Positions 41,972 to 52,077 of a DNA stretch of 64,000 bases are shown here, one piece after another. The stretch is taken from NCBI GenBank assembly GCA_965200245.1, contig CBDATS010000005.1, forward strand, positions 320,001-384,000, read 5' to 3'. The first letter of the stretch is position 1; each line of letters opens with the position of its first letter. Origin of the DNA: a bacterium (GTDB lineage: Bacteria; UBA8248). The notes below the pieces were generated by a model. That model saw only the letters and a list, made by a program, of their open reading frames with translations, made no database searches and was not told the DNA's origin. The translations under genes and the position numbers were made by a program.

Positions 41972-43384
41972 TTAAGTCGATTCGCGCGCCGATTTCAAAC
42001 CCTGAACACCCACGAAGCCCTGAATATTCTCGCTCCTCACCCACAGGAAAAACCACCCCAGCAGGAGCGCGCCGCTCAATATCTGTCCCCCGCTCACCGC
42101 CCACCAGACACCGCCAGCTCCCACGGCGAGTGAAAAGGACAGGAGGTAGGCGACGGGAACCTGAAAACCCCAGCGAACGACGCCCTCCACAAGCATCGGC
42201 GGTTTCGAGCGCGAGACTCCCTGGAACGCACCCGCCATCACCCGGCGGACGGATTCCATCAGCAGGCCAGTGCAAAGGATTCTAAGCGCCATGACGCCTG
42301 TAGCGTTCCCCTCCATGCCGAAGAACGATACGACCTCCCGCGCCCAGATGAAAAGAACAATGCTCACCACCGTCATCAGGAGACAAAGGGCGGCTACGGC
42401 AAGCCATACCGTGCGCGTAATACGCTCGGGCTTCTCCGCTCCCAGGTTCTGGCCCACCAGCGTGCGGACCGAAGCTTGAAGCCCGAAACTCGGCATCCGG
42501 GCGATCATCGTCACGCGATTACCGATACTCCATGCCGCCAGTGCGCTTGCGCCGAATGGGGAGAGTATCCGCACCATAAGCAGCAGCGCACTTCGCTCGA
42601 GCAGGTTCTGTACCATGGCGGGCCATGCGAGACGCGCGACGCGGGCAATCTCGGCCCTTCGCGGGCGCATATCGGTCCATCTTAGCTTAAGCCTCGATTT
42701 CCCCTTTACGATAAAGGCCAGCATGGTCAGAAAACCGCCAAGCCTCCCTACACCGATACCGAAGAAACTTCCCGCGAGGCCCAGGGCGGGAACAGGTCCC
42801 CAGCCAAACATAAGGAGGGGGATGAAAATGAGCGTCAAGATGGTGGACGTGACCACCCCCGCGATGGTGATGCCCGGCTCTCCGGTCCCCCGCAATATCT
42901 GGCCGACTACGAACATCGCCTCCGCGACGAACAACACGGCGAAGCCTGCGCGGATATAGACGACGCCCAGGGCGGCGAGTTTCGGATCACGCGTCATCAG
43001 ACCCATCATGAGGGGTGCGAACCATAGACCCAGGAACGTGGCGATCAGGCTGAAGACGCCGACCAGCAGGATAGTCTGCCCCGCCATGACGGAAGCACCT
43101 TCGGAATCTTCCGCGCCAATGCGTTGCGCCACGAACGCCTGGCCAGCGATTCTCAAGCCAAAAGGAATTGAACGGATGAACAACAAGGTGATGAAGCCCA
43201 AAGACGCCGCAGCCAGGAACTCGGGTCCCATGCGACCGAGCCAGTAGATCTCGAAAATGCCGTCCAGATTGCGCAGGATACGCTCGCCACAAATCGGTAC
43301 AGAGAGGCGGGTGATGGCCCAGCCGACCGAGCCTTTCGTGTAATCGTAACTGCGTGTTTTCGTGGCTCGCTTCAGAAGGCGCAC
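41972..43384 (-). CDS. MATE family efflux transporter
   Basis: VAQRIGA, LRGTGEP and LVGQNLGA repeated halves; about 12 TMs. Confidence 0.9.
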   Translation of the reverse strand: MRLLKRATKTRSYDYTKGSVGWAITRLSVPICGERILRNLDGIFEIYWLGRMGPEFLAAASLGFITLLFIRSIPFGLRIAGQAFVAQRIGAEDSEGASVMAGQTILLVGVFSLIATFLGLWFAPLMMGLMTRDPKLAALGVVYIRAGFAVLFVAEAMFVVGQILRGTGEPGITIAGVVTSTILTLIFIPLLMFGWGPVPALGLAGSFFGIGVGRLGGFLTMLAFIVKGKSRLKLRWTDMRPRRAEIARVARLAWPAMVQNLLERSALLLMVRILSPFGASALAAWSIGNRVTMIARMPSFGLQASVRTLVGQNLGAEKPERITRTVWLAVAALCLLMTVVSIVLFIWAREVVSFFGMEGNATGVMALRILCTGLLMESVRRVMAGAFQGVSRSKPPMLVEGVVRWGFQVPVAYLLSFSLAVGAGGVWWAVSGGQILSGALLLGWFFLWVRSENIQGFVGVQGLKSAREST

Positions 43385-43696
43385 CTCGATTCATAGCTGA
43401 AATACCGGAAATCGACCTGCACATAATACGCCAGAGCGCCGGATACGTTAAGAGAGAAAGAGACACCCATACAGAACCCGGCCTGCGAGCGTATCCCACA
43501 GCGAAATCCTTTCCCCGATAGATTCCCTCCGAGCTTCTCGCGGACATCCTCTCCAACCAAGCCGTTTCTACGCTGTCCGCCGGATTCATTTCGATCCGGG
43601 TTTGCTCCTCTCCCGGTTCGCTTCTGGAAGTTTTATTTCAGGAACATTCGTCCCGAATTCATCCCAGGCATGGGTTTGGGTGTTATCCGGAAACTC

Positions 43697-43805
43697 CTCC
43701 GCCTGCATTCAAAGCTGGCTCAAGGTCCTGAAGAACGACAAGCGCGCGATCTTTGCCGCTGTAGTCCATGCGCAGCACACTGCCGATTTTCTGTACGGCA
43801 AGTAG
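43697..43805 (+). pseudogene. C-terminal remnant of ArdC-like antirestriction protein
   Basis: SACIQSWLKVLKNDKRAIFAAVVHAQHTADFL resembles the ArdC C-terminus; no N-terminus. Confidence 0.7.
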
Positions 43806-44023
43806 CTGGCGATCGATGAGAACAAGGAGGTCGCCGCTTGAGCAGCGATCCCCTCAGGTGGCCCAAAAACTCGTCTGTCCATCCGGCCGGACGTATCCTC
43901 TTTCTACAGAACAAGTCATTTTCATGGCGTGCATCGAGAAGGAATTGATTTTCGTTGCCAATAAGCGTTTTTCATGAGATAATTTTTAAATTGTTCAGTT
44001 TTCACGGAGTGTAAGCATCTTTC

Positions 44024-45580
44024 ATGGAACGAGCGATAGAACATCAATTTTCAGGGCCAGCCAGTGTTTTTCAGGAGAGCCGCCTTCCTGAAACTGCTTT
44101 GCCAGTCGGCTATGCCGCACTGATCGATGCCTATGATCTGCAAGTTCCGCCCCCGCTGACCCGATGCGCCATTGGCCCCCGGCACAAGGTCTATGAGCAA
44201 GACGGTTGGCGAATCTATACACCACGCCACGAACCCGCAGCAACGCTCGAAGGTCATCTAGTCTTTGCCCTCAAATATGAAGGGCTCGATCTCGCGATCC
44301 TCAAGCGCCTGTTCCAAGTCATTCCGCTCGCAGAGCTTGAGGCCATCATCAAGGCCAAGCCTAACAGCGCCTACATGAGGCGCATCTGGTTTTTGTTTGA
44401 ATGGCTTCTGGGTCAGGAACTCAATATTCCGGACGCCAGGAACGGAACCTATGCCGAGATCGTCAATCCAAAACTGCAATGGGCCATCAAAGGAACCACA
44501 TCAACCCGGCACCGCGTGCGCAACAATCTGCCCGGCACGCGTGACTTTTGCCCTTTGGTTCGCCGCACCGACAAACTTGCCCACTTCATCGACTTGAAAC
44601 TCGACGAGCAAGCCCATACAGTCATCGGGGAAATCTCCGGCAACATCCTGGCGCGCACGGCGGCGTTTCTGCTTTTGAAGGACTCAAAATCAAGCTACGC
44701 GATCGAGGGCGAAGCGCCGCCGCATGACCGCATCCAGCGATGGGGAAAAGCGATCGGCGAGGCTGGAAAACACCCGCTCGACGAAGCCGAGTTTCTGCGC
44801 TTGCAACAGATCGTCATCGGCAATGATAATCGCTTCATCAAGATGAGGTTCCGCATCGAGGACGGATTCATCGGTGAGCATGAGCAAGGGTCGCGCATGC
44901 CCTTGCCCGATCATATCAGCGCACGGCATGAAGACTTGCCCGAATTGATGCGTGGTTTGATCGCTTTCGATCATGATTATGCCGCCGGGGTCGATCCGGT
45001 CATTGCCGCTGCGATCCTGGCTTTCGGCTTTGTCTACATCCACCCGTTCGAAGACGGTAATGGACGGATACACCGCTATCTCATCCATCATGTTCTGAGC
45101 GCGCGCAGCTTCAATCCAGCGGGTCTGGTTTTCCCTGTGTCCGCCGCGGTCCTCAATCGGGTTGAGGACTATCGCCGCGTTCTGGAGAGCTATTCCGCCC
45201 GCCTCCTGCCTCTGGTCGAATGGCAACCTACGCCGAAGATGAATGTCGAAGTGTTGAACGACACGGGCGACTTCTATCGCTATTTCGACGCAACGCCGCA
45301 TGCAGAGTTCCTGTTTGAATGTGTTCAGCACACCATTGAACATGATCTTCCCGAAGAGGCGACTTTTCTGGAACGCTACGACCTGTTCAGAACTCGCGTC
45401 GAAGCCATCACCGAGATGCCGGCCTCCATGATCGACCTTCTGTTCAATTTCCTGAAGCAAAATGGCGGGCAGCTTTCAAAGCGTGCCCGATCGGAAGAGT
45501 TCCGCATGCTGACCGACGATGAAGCCGAAGCCTTTGCGACCATCTATCAGGATATTTTCATCCCTTCGGGTGAAACTTGA
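44024..45580 (+). CDS. Fic family protein
   Basis: Canonical HPFEDGNGRIHR motif; SSYAIEGE inhibitory-type motif. Confidence 0.92.
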   Translation: MERAIEHQFSGPASVFQESRLPETALPVGYAALIDAYDLQVPPPLTRCAIGPRHKVYEQDGWRIYTPRHEPAATLEGHLVFALKYEGLDLAILKRLFQVIPLAELEAIIKAKPNSAYMRRIWFLFEWLLGQELNIPDARNGTYAEIVNPKLQWAIKGTTSTRHRVRNNLPGTRDFCPLVRRTDKLAHFIDLKLDEQAHTVIGEISGNILARTAAFLLLKDSKSSYAIEGEAPPHDRIQRWGKAIGEAGKHPLDEAEFLRLQQIVIGNDNRFIKMRFRIEDGFIGEHEQGSRMPLPDHISARHEDLPELMRGLIAFDHDYAAGVDPVIAAAILAFGFVYIHPFEDGNGRIHRYLIHHVLSARSFNPAGLVFPVSAAVLNRVEDYRRVLESYSARLLPLVEWQPTPKMNVEVLNDTGDFYRYFDATPHAEFLFECVQHTIEHDLPEEATFLERYDLFRTRVEAITEMPASMIDLLFNFLKQNGGQLSKRARSEEFRMLTDDEAEAFATIYQDIFIPSGET

Positions 45581-45644
45581 GAAAACACAGCACCTGCCAA
45601 GAGCACATCTTTCTCGGAATTGTGCAAAGCTTCGCCGATGTCCT

Positions 45645-46187
45645 GTGTTTTCTCGCGGATCGGGTGGAGTACGGCGGGCCTGTTGCCACTCTTCGAGTGT
45701 GAAATTCAATGGGTTCTTTCCGCGAACCCACCGGAACCCATCTGGCAAGCGCTAGCCCTTTCCGAGAAAGAACCCCTTCGAGAGACCATTCAAGCGGTTG
45801 CTGAAATGTGGCAGGTTGATCTCTTTCATCTGTTCGCCATCGTTCCGTGACCAGACAATGTGGGCATGACGCCTGCTTGCTTTTCATGAAAGACAATGGC
45901 GCGTGGTTGCCCCTTCAAGTCGAGGTGTTTTTCGGTTTGGTTGACTGCCCTTTCGAAATCCTCCTCGCGTGCCTCCTTCCCTTGCCGAGGATTCATGCTC
46001 AGCAAAAAGAGGTGCTGGCAGCATTTCGTGCCTTTAGAGATCGCGTAGCATTCGTCCATAGCATCGCAGGGATCGCCCCTAGCACCCCCCTCAACTCGTG
46101 AACATAGACATGATCATTGTCTTCTTTGTTTATCAGGTGGTCTGCCAAGGCGCGCGCGTTACCGCGTTGCGAGCCTTTGAGGATCAT
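45645..46187 (-). pseudogene. Frameshifted relaxase (VirD2/MOBP-like)
   Basis: MILKGSQRG..LADHL..DNDHV, QPRAIVFHEK, RRHAHIVWSR (HUH) and NPLNFTLEEWQQARR spread over several frames with a stop. Confidence 0.82.
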
Positions 46188-46381
46188 TCGAAGGCTCGCC
46201 CTGCAATTGTGGTAAAACTGTGAGACACGCCTGCCGGTGGTTTCCTCCGGTTCTCAACTTGCATCCCAAGCCCTTGCATCAACATAAGGTGCATGGCGTG
46301 GATGTCGTCGCAGGCTCGCTTGATGTCCGCCTTCGCCTCCGCACCGAAGAACAACGTGCTTTTGTTCGCTGCCTTTGCCAT
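46184..46381 (-). pseudogene. MobC-like relaxosome accessory protein, C-terminal remnant
   Basis: AKAANKSTL...ADIKRACDDIHAMHLMLMQGLG; ATGA overlap with the relaxase start. Confidence 0.65.
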
Positions 46382-46724
46382 GAGAACTTGGTCGACAAGA
46401 CACGCAGCCTAGGCATCCCTGTTCGCAAGGTTGCGGTATAATCTGCACCGATGTCCGTGTTACCGGCCACATCAAGTCCTGCGGCGTCTCCACACCACCG
46501 GAGATGCCGGCGACGATTTCCCTATCGAAAATGCCCCGCCAAAATGACAACCCAGACCCCGGTCGGGACACTAAAATCACACTGCATGCAGACTCCCTGC
46601 GGTTGTAGCGGAAGCTGCGAATGAATGCGATGCACTACGTTTTCATGCCATTGGCTACTCGGGCGCCACGTGGAGCGAGTCGATGGTCCGGCCGTCAATA
46701 TGCTGGCCGCACAGCATCGCTGCA

Positions 46725-46880
46725 ACACAAGACGACAGTGACAGCATCGACATGAAAATGACCGGCGGCAGGATCCAGACGGGTGCAGTGGACGCCGGGG
46801 CCGTAACCGGAGATGGGGCGTACGACATCCTTGGGCAATATAGCGACAGCGGCGACATCGAAATCAAGCTTGTTTGTCGT
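46725..46880 (+). pseudogene. Possible autotransporter/adhesin passenger fragment
   Basis: SIDMKMTGGRIQTG..TGDGAYDILGQYSDSGDIEI beta-helix-like stretch. Confidence 0.25.
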
Positions 46881-47029
46881 GGTTCAGGACATATAAGATA
46901 GCGGGGTTTTGTCGGATGTTGTTTGTCAGCAGGTGCCCGGGCAGTTACAGTTTTCCTGCACAAGCACCGTCGGCTTCTCCTCCCGGCGTTCCGCCAGTGC
47001 ACAGCACTGCATTACATCAGAGGACGCAG

Positions 47030-48016
47030 ATGTCGGACCACTTCCCAAGCTTCGCCTCTGTTCTGGACGGCTTGGTCCGTTCACACATTCCGGCCCGGCT
47101 CATCGACCAACCGGGTTGGGATCGTCTGCTCAGGGGAATGTCGGGGCTGCCCAGCTTTGCGGCGGACGCGAAATTCGGCTTCGAATTCGATCTTGCGGCA
47201 CCCGACACCGGCACCGACCTTTCACTGGCGGTCCCGCCAGGCTGGCCCATGACACACTGGCTGATCGAGCGCGGCCATCGGAAAGGGGCCGATGCATCGG
47301 ACGCAGCCCTAGCAAGTTATCTCGGTGAGCTGGCGCGGCCCGGTTCCTTTCTTGCCAACCTGTTCGATGGCACGATTCTCGAGTATGACATAGACTCTGC
47401 CTCGGAAGACCGTGAGCTACCGCCTCCCGGCTTGTTCCTTTGCCTTCGCAAGGACCGGGACCAGAAGCATCTCAACGCAGGCGCCGTAGAGGGGGCGTTG
47501 GCTTTCGCCACGGCGACAGTGCCAGATCCTCGCCGCCTGCGCGTGCTGGAGACCATCTGGCAGACGTTTCCGACGGACGCCCGTTTGCGTTGGTGCGCCG
47601 TCATGTCGGGACGCAGTCCCGCCCCCCTGCGGCTGCTAATCGTCTGCCGCCGGGCGGAGATCCCCGGATTTCTCAGGGCGATTCGGCATCCCGTTCGTCT
47701 GGCGGCGGTTGAGGACGTTCTGGCGTCGATCGGGGATTTTCCGGACCGTATCTGCCTGTCTCTCGATGTAACATCGGCAGGACCGCTACCCCGCCTGGGG
47801 ATGGAGATGTATTTTGGCGGGCCAACCGACCGCGGCACGTGGAACCGGGTCATGTCGGCAATGGCAGGCCGCGGTTGGCTTCGGGCCGACAAGGGAGCCG
47901 CGCTGGCCGGATGCACAGGCAGCGAGCAATTTTTCGGCCAGGATGGCAAGCTGACGACGCTCTTCTGGGGTGTCAACCATGCCAAGGTCGTCATCGCAGA
48001 GCGGAAACCACGGTGA
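47030..48016 (+). CDS. Putative ABBA-fold peptide prenyltransferase-like RiPP maturase (3' end possibly frameshifted)
   Basis: Strand motifs FGFEFDL, ILEYDID, PGLFL, LRLLI, ICLSLDV, RLGMEMYF and VNHAKVV, with VKGY in a shifted frame; ~330 aa; upstream of an NHLP precursor. Confidence 0.5.
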   Translation: MSDHFPSFASVLDGLVRSHIPARLIDQPGWDRLLRGMSGLPSFAADAKFGFEFDLAAPDTGTDLSLAVPPGWPMTHWLIERGHRKGADASDAALASYLGELARPGSFLANLFDGTILEYDIDSASEDRELPPPGLFLCLRKDRDQKHLNAGAVEGALAFATATVPDPRRLRVLETIWQTFPTDARLRWCAVMSGRSPAPLRLLIVCRRAEIPGFLRAIRHPVRLAAVEDVLASIGDFPDRICLSLDVTSAGPLPRLGMEMYFGGPTDRGTWNRVMSAMAGRGWLRADKGAALAGCTGSEQFFGQDGKLTTLFWGVNHAKVVIAERKPR

Positions 48017-48280
48017 AGGGCTATATCGTCTGCGTCCGGCGCAAGGGGCAAGTCCGACGCCCACTCCAGAATGAACCAAATAGCCGGACCGTTTCCGCCT
48101 GTTACGCGGGCTTGACGAACCGGATGAGGTCGACCGGGTCCCCGGGATTCCACTTCGGTTTCGGGAAGCGAAGGCGAACGGGAGAGGAACGCCCATCCGA
48201 TTTTCATGAAATACGCACCGGGAACATGCTTTATTGCGATGCTGCCCTATACCAGAATATATGGCAATCTTCCTTGCCAA

Positions 48281-48888
48281 GAATTACATACTTAAATCCG
48301 CAAGTCTCAATCCCTCAATTTTGCGCGCCACACCCCAACCACATTCTTGAACATCATGCAGATGGACATCACCGGCATCTTCGGAATTTGTGTACGGAAG
48401 TCATCATGACTCTTTTCCACAGGACAGGGAATGTCTTTTGTAGGCAGGAGGAGGGGTGATAACAGCCTCATTTTGGAAATATGCTCCTTCGGCCGCCGGT
48501 TTCCCGGGAGAACAGGGGGCATACGGACGGGCTTCCGGGAGAAAGCCTGTTCCCCAACAGAAAAACGGGAAAACCATCGAAAAATTTCCTGCTTTCCCAT
48601 CGGAACATCCCATACCCTGTTCATGATGACGATGCAAAAAAACGAAAGTATCAGGGTACCAAACCATACTCATTTTTTCAGGATAAGGAGACCGGAATGA
48701 AATCTATTTCCGAGATGCGCGAGCACCTGATCGAGAAGGCAGGCGACAGTGAAGAGTTCCGTACCCGTCTGATCTCCGAGCCGAGGGCCGTGGTATCCGA
48801 GGAGTTCGGAATCTCGGTGCCGGAGACTTTCAACCTGCATGTGATGGAGGACGACGCCAAGAACAGCTATCTCATTCTGCCAGCTTCA
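48281..48888 (+). repeat. Dispersed repeat copy 2: non-coding block plus NHLP leader coding region (homologous to 8954-9545)
   Basis: Co-linear similarity to copy 1; indels not in multiples of 3 in the upstream part. Confidence 0.92.
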
Positions 48889-48948
48889 CTCAAGTTGACG
48901 GATGAACAGTTGACGTCCATCCACGGTGGAGAATGGGTCTGGCATTGA
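48697..48948 (+). CDS. NHLP RiPP precursor, core EWVWH
   Basis: AAGGAG RBS; MKSISEMREHLIEKAGDSEEFRTRLISEPRAVV...LTDEQLTSIHGG|EWVWH. Confidence 0.88.
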   Translation: MKSISEMREHLIEKAGDSEEFRTRLISEPRAVVSEEFGISVPETFNLHVMEDDAKNSYLILPASLKLTDEQLTSIHGGEWVWH

Positions 48949-49566
48949 TCGTCTGCCGCCGGGCAGACATCCTCCATAAGAAGGACGGGACACCGGTCGA
49001 CGCCAACTGGGTGGTCTCCCGACAAGGCGTGGGAACGTCAGACCCAGCCGCTGCCTAACCCGGACCCGCCGACACAGCCTGGCCCCGTGCCATTACCCGG
49101 CGTCAACTAGTGCGATCCTGATGCCGGCAGTGTCAACAACGCCGGCAAGGTCCCTCGCAGACACGATTTCCTCCATCGACATGACGAGGACCGTAACCTG
49201 TCCCCGGACGCTCCCAAGCCGGAGCAGGCCAGCACCCCATACCGTTATATCCTAGCAGGGATATGTGGACGGCGCCAGTTCCAACGCTTCCACGGCACGG
49301 CCTCGCCCTGTCATGTTGCACAACGACCACATGATGTATCTCAATCCGACGCGAAAGGGGCGATGATCGATGACCCTGGCCGCCATGTCTTGCCGATTCC
49401 CACCAATGGAGTCGATAATCGAGGCGGTTTCGATCCTGTGGCGACCGGAACCGTCTTCCGGGTTAGTTACCGACTCATCCCGACATTGTCACAGGTCCCC
49501 AAAGGTGGTGTATTGGCAACGAAAGAGGCCATGGTGCCAATCGCTCCTGCTCCGGGAGACACCGGG

Positions 49567-50082
49567 ATGACAGCCGACCACTACCGCAACCGGATGCTCG
49601 CCGCCGTTCTGGCGTTCCTGGCCCTGGCGGCTATATGGGCGGCGCGGGCCGGCGAGACGGGTTTCGGCATCCTGTGCGCCCTATGGTTCATCCTGGTTGC
49701 GATTGCGCCCGCGTGGCCCAGCTTCGGGCGCCGGACAAGAGCCTGGTGTTTTTCTGGCTATCTGGCGTTCCTCGCGCTGGCGGCAGCCGGGGCGATGCGG
49801 GGCAACGCGCCGGAATTCGCGATCATGTTCGTCCTGTTTTTCATTATCTCCGTGATCGGCGCGCTTGTAGTACGCCGACGCAAGTGGCTGCCGAAACGCG
49901 ATGTCAAGAGTCCTCAGACCATGACCATCCTTCTGGCCGTGCCCATGGCAGTAGCGGGAGGAGCAATGTGGTTCCATGAGATGGATGTCGCTCTCGTGGC
50001 TGTCGCGACGATTGTCGGCATGTCGTTCAGCCTGTTTGCCGTCGCGCCCGACCGGCCCCACGACCGTCCGCCATCCGTGTAG
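49567..50082 (+). CDS. Hypothetical 6-TM membrane protein with internal repeats
   Basis: GGGAGA RBS; repeated LAFLALAA helical hairpins. Confidence 0.65.
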   Translation: MTADHYRNRMLAAVLAFLALAAIWAARAGETGFGILCALWFILVAIAPAWPSFGRRTRAWCFSGYLAFLALAAAGAMRGNAPEFAIMFVLFFIISVIGALVVRRRKWLPKRDVKSPQTMTILLAVPMAVAGGAMWFHEMDVALVAVATIVGMSFSLFAVAPDRPHDRPPSV

Positions 50083-50305
50083 TCAACCCTGCGTTCGTCG
50101 TCCGATCTCGCCGCCGTTCCCCAACGTCGGCACGATGGAGTCTCCCCCATAACGACAGCAATGGCGATACCTAGCAACACTTCGACACGATCCTGACTAT
50201 CTACACTCGGGTGTCAACTTCCACTCCAATCAACACCCGGAAGTTCCCGTGGCCCTGCCCGGTCGGGATTACGGCGTGCCGGCTCCCCAATCTAGCGAGA
50301 GTAGC

Positions 50306-50765
50306 ATGCGCCAGGCTAACTGGTGCCAGTACAGCCGTGAAAGTCCGGCAGGAAGGAGAAGGCCAGCCATTACTTCCACCCCGAGTCATGGGCCGTCATT
50401 CGTCAAGACAGGGGTCAAGCGTTGACAGTGGCGCGTGGTGGCAGAACTATGGAAGACCAAAGAAGTACATTCCGGGATGCTGAGGTCTTTCTACTGGCCG
50501 AAGGCAGTATCCGTCCCACAGTTTTGACGAAAGGAACGGAATCCCGCGGTGTCGAAAAACCCATGTACTTACATACTACCCGAAACCTGAGAGGTTTCGA
50601 TGACATTCCGCCGTCGTGGCGGGATCGCTGAGGAAAGAATGAAACCCGTACCCGAAGATGAACGGCACGGAGAAATCAGACTCGATCTTAGCAACTGCGA
50701 AGCCGACGTACAAGGGGATGTCCTGCCCCGGCAGAGTCAAGAACCAAGCCCAAGGAGAACCTAGA
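50306..50765 (+). mobile_element. Truncated, ORF-less group II intron fragment (5' domains)
   Basis: (A)TGCGCCAGG start; gtgaaagtcc, ccccgagtcatg, aagcgttgacag, ccgggatgctga, gaaggca and gatgaacggcacggagaaatcagactc...gaagccgacgtacaaggg; no RT ORF or domain V seen. Confidence 0.62.
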
Positions 50766-51432
50766 GGGCCGGCCAAGCCGCGTCGGCAATCACCAGTACT
50801 GTCTTGAGTGGACAGCGCCTGGCATCACTCGGGTAACTCGCCCAGATACACGAAACGGCTGCACAGCCGCCATCATCTCGCTGTGTTGTCCGGCGTTGCA
50901 GTGTGCAAGTATCCCGCAACCCGGTTCAACACCTGTGCAGCACCATCGCTCAGTTCGAACACGAAGAGTTCGCTGAGCCAGTGGCACCAGCGCGATGCGC
51001 TTCCGGTGTCACTGGACTTTAGCCCCGCCAGAATGCCCGTATATTGCCAGCCGGATGCATATAAGATACCTTCCCCTCAGGTGGAAATAAATCGGAATCG
51101 AAACTCAAAGTCTACGGAACCCGTGATGAAGTAAGCGGTGCCGAAATGGTTATTCGTCATGGGAACTATCATGGGTGCTGTTATGACAACTCACGCCTGT
51201 TCTGACACCGCTGTAAGAGCACCGTTCCGAATTGCCGTCAATCAAAAGGTCAATGACACGGTCGGTCCTTGTATGGGATCAACAAGGTCCGATGTGTCGG
51301 AGACGAAATTTTCCTCAGATTCAGGTACTGCAGGCGTCCTCCAGGCACAAAGCAGTTGCGGTGCCTATGATCGGCGCTTCCACACTTGTTGTAACGGTGC
51401 GCCACACCCCCCACGGGAATAGAGCGGGAATC

Positions 51433-52074
51433 ATGGGGAACGATCAAGCCGGGGATACGGGCCAGTTGGTCGCGGCCCGAGGCATTGGCGTGCGACGCGG
51501 AGAACGCTGGATCGTCCGGTATGTCGATTTGACGGTAGGACGGGGCGAGTTGGTCTTCCTGATCGGCGCCAATGGGGCCGGTAAGTCGACCTGCGTGAAG
51601 GCCGTTCTCGGTTTGATCGAAATCGACGAGGGCGAGATCCGGCGCGCGGAGTCTCTCAATGTGGGCTATGTGCCGCAGCGACTGGCGGTGAGTCCCAACC
51701 TGCCCCTTTCACTACGTCGCCTGATGACCCTGACCGGCCGTTTCACCGCGCGTGACATCGACGCGGCGCTTGATACCGTCGGCCTTGAGCGGCTGGGTGA
51801 TCCGCCAATCACCACCCTGTCGGGCGGTGAATTCCAGAGGCTCCTCCTGGCCCGGGCCCTCATCCACCGACCCGATCTGCTGATCCTCGACGAACCGGAC
51901 CAAGGTGTCGATGTTGCGGGAGCCGATGTGGTCCATTCATTAATCGAGAGGGTTCGCCACGATCTCGGATGCGGGGTGCTGTTGATCTCTCATGACCTTG
52001 AAAGGGCGATGGCGACGGGAGACGATGTGGTCGTGCTGATACCCCACGAGCACGATGAGCCGACGGCAGGCTGA
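51433..52074 (+). CDS. znuC: Zn/Mn ABC transporter ATP-binding protein (ZnuC-like, short C-terminus)
   Basis: GANGAGKST, VGYVPQ, LSGGEFQRLLLARAL and GCGVLLISHDL. Confidence 0.85.
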   Translation: MGNDQAGDTGQLVAARGIGVRRGERWIVRYVDLTVGRGELVFLIGANGAGKSTCVKAVLGLIEIDEGEIRRAESLNVGYVPQRLAVSPNLPLSLRRLMTLTGRFTARDIDAALDTVGLERLGDPPITTLSGGEFQRLLLARALIHRPDLLILDEPDQGVDVAGADVVHSLIERVRHDLGCGVLLISHDLERAMATGDDVVVLIPHEHDEPTAG

Positions 52075-52077
52075 ACC

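Noticed and set aside
48262-48277. Sigma54-like TGGCA...TTGC upstream of NHLP copy 2
   Set aside because: GG-GC spacing is one base too long and the motif is absent in copy 1
48481-48696. N-terminal extension of the NHLP ORF (155-aa call) and ORFs 9061-9357 and 9152-9409
   Set aside because: Frames are not preserved between the two repeat copies; a strong RBS sits directly before 48697 and 9354
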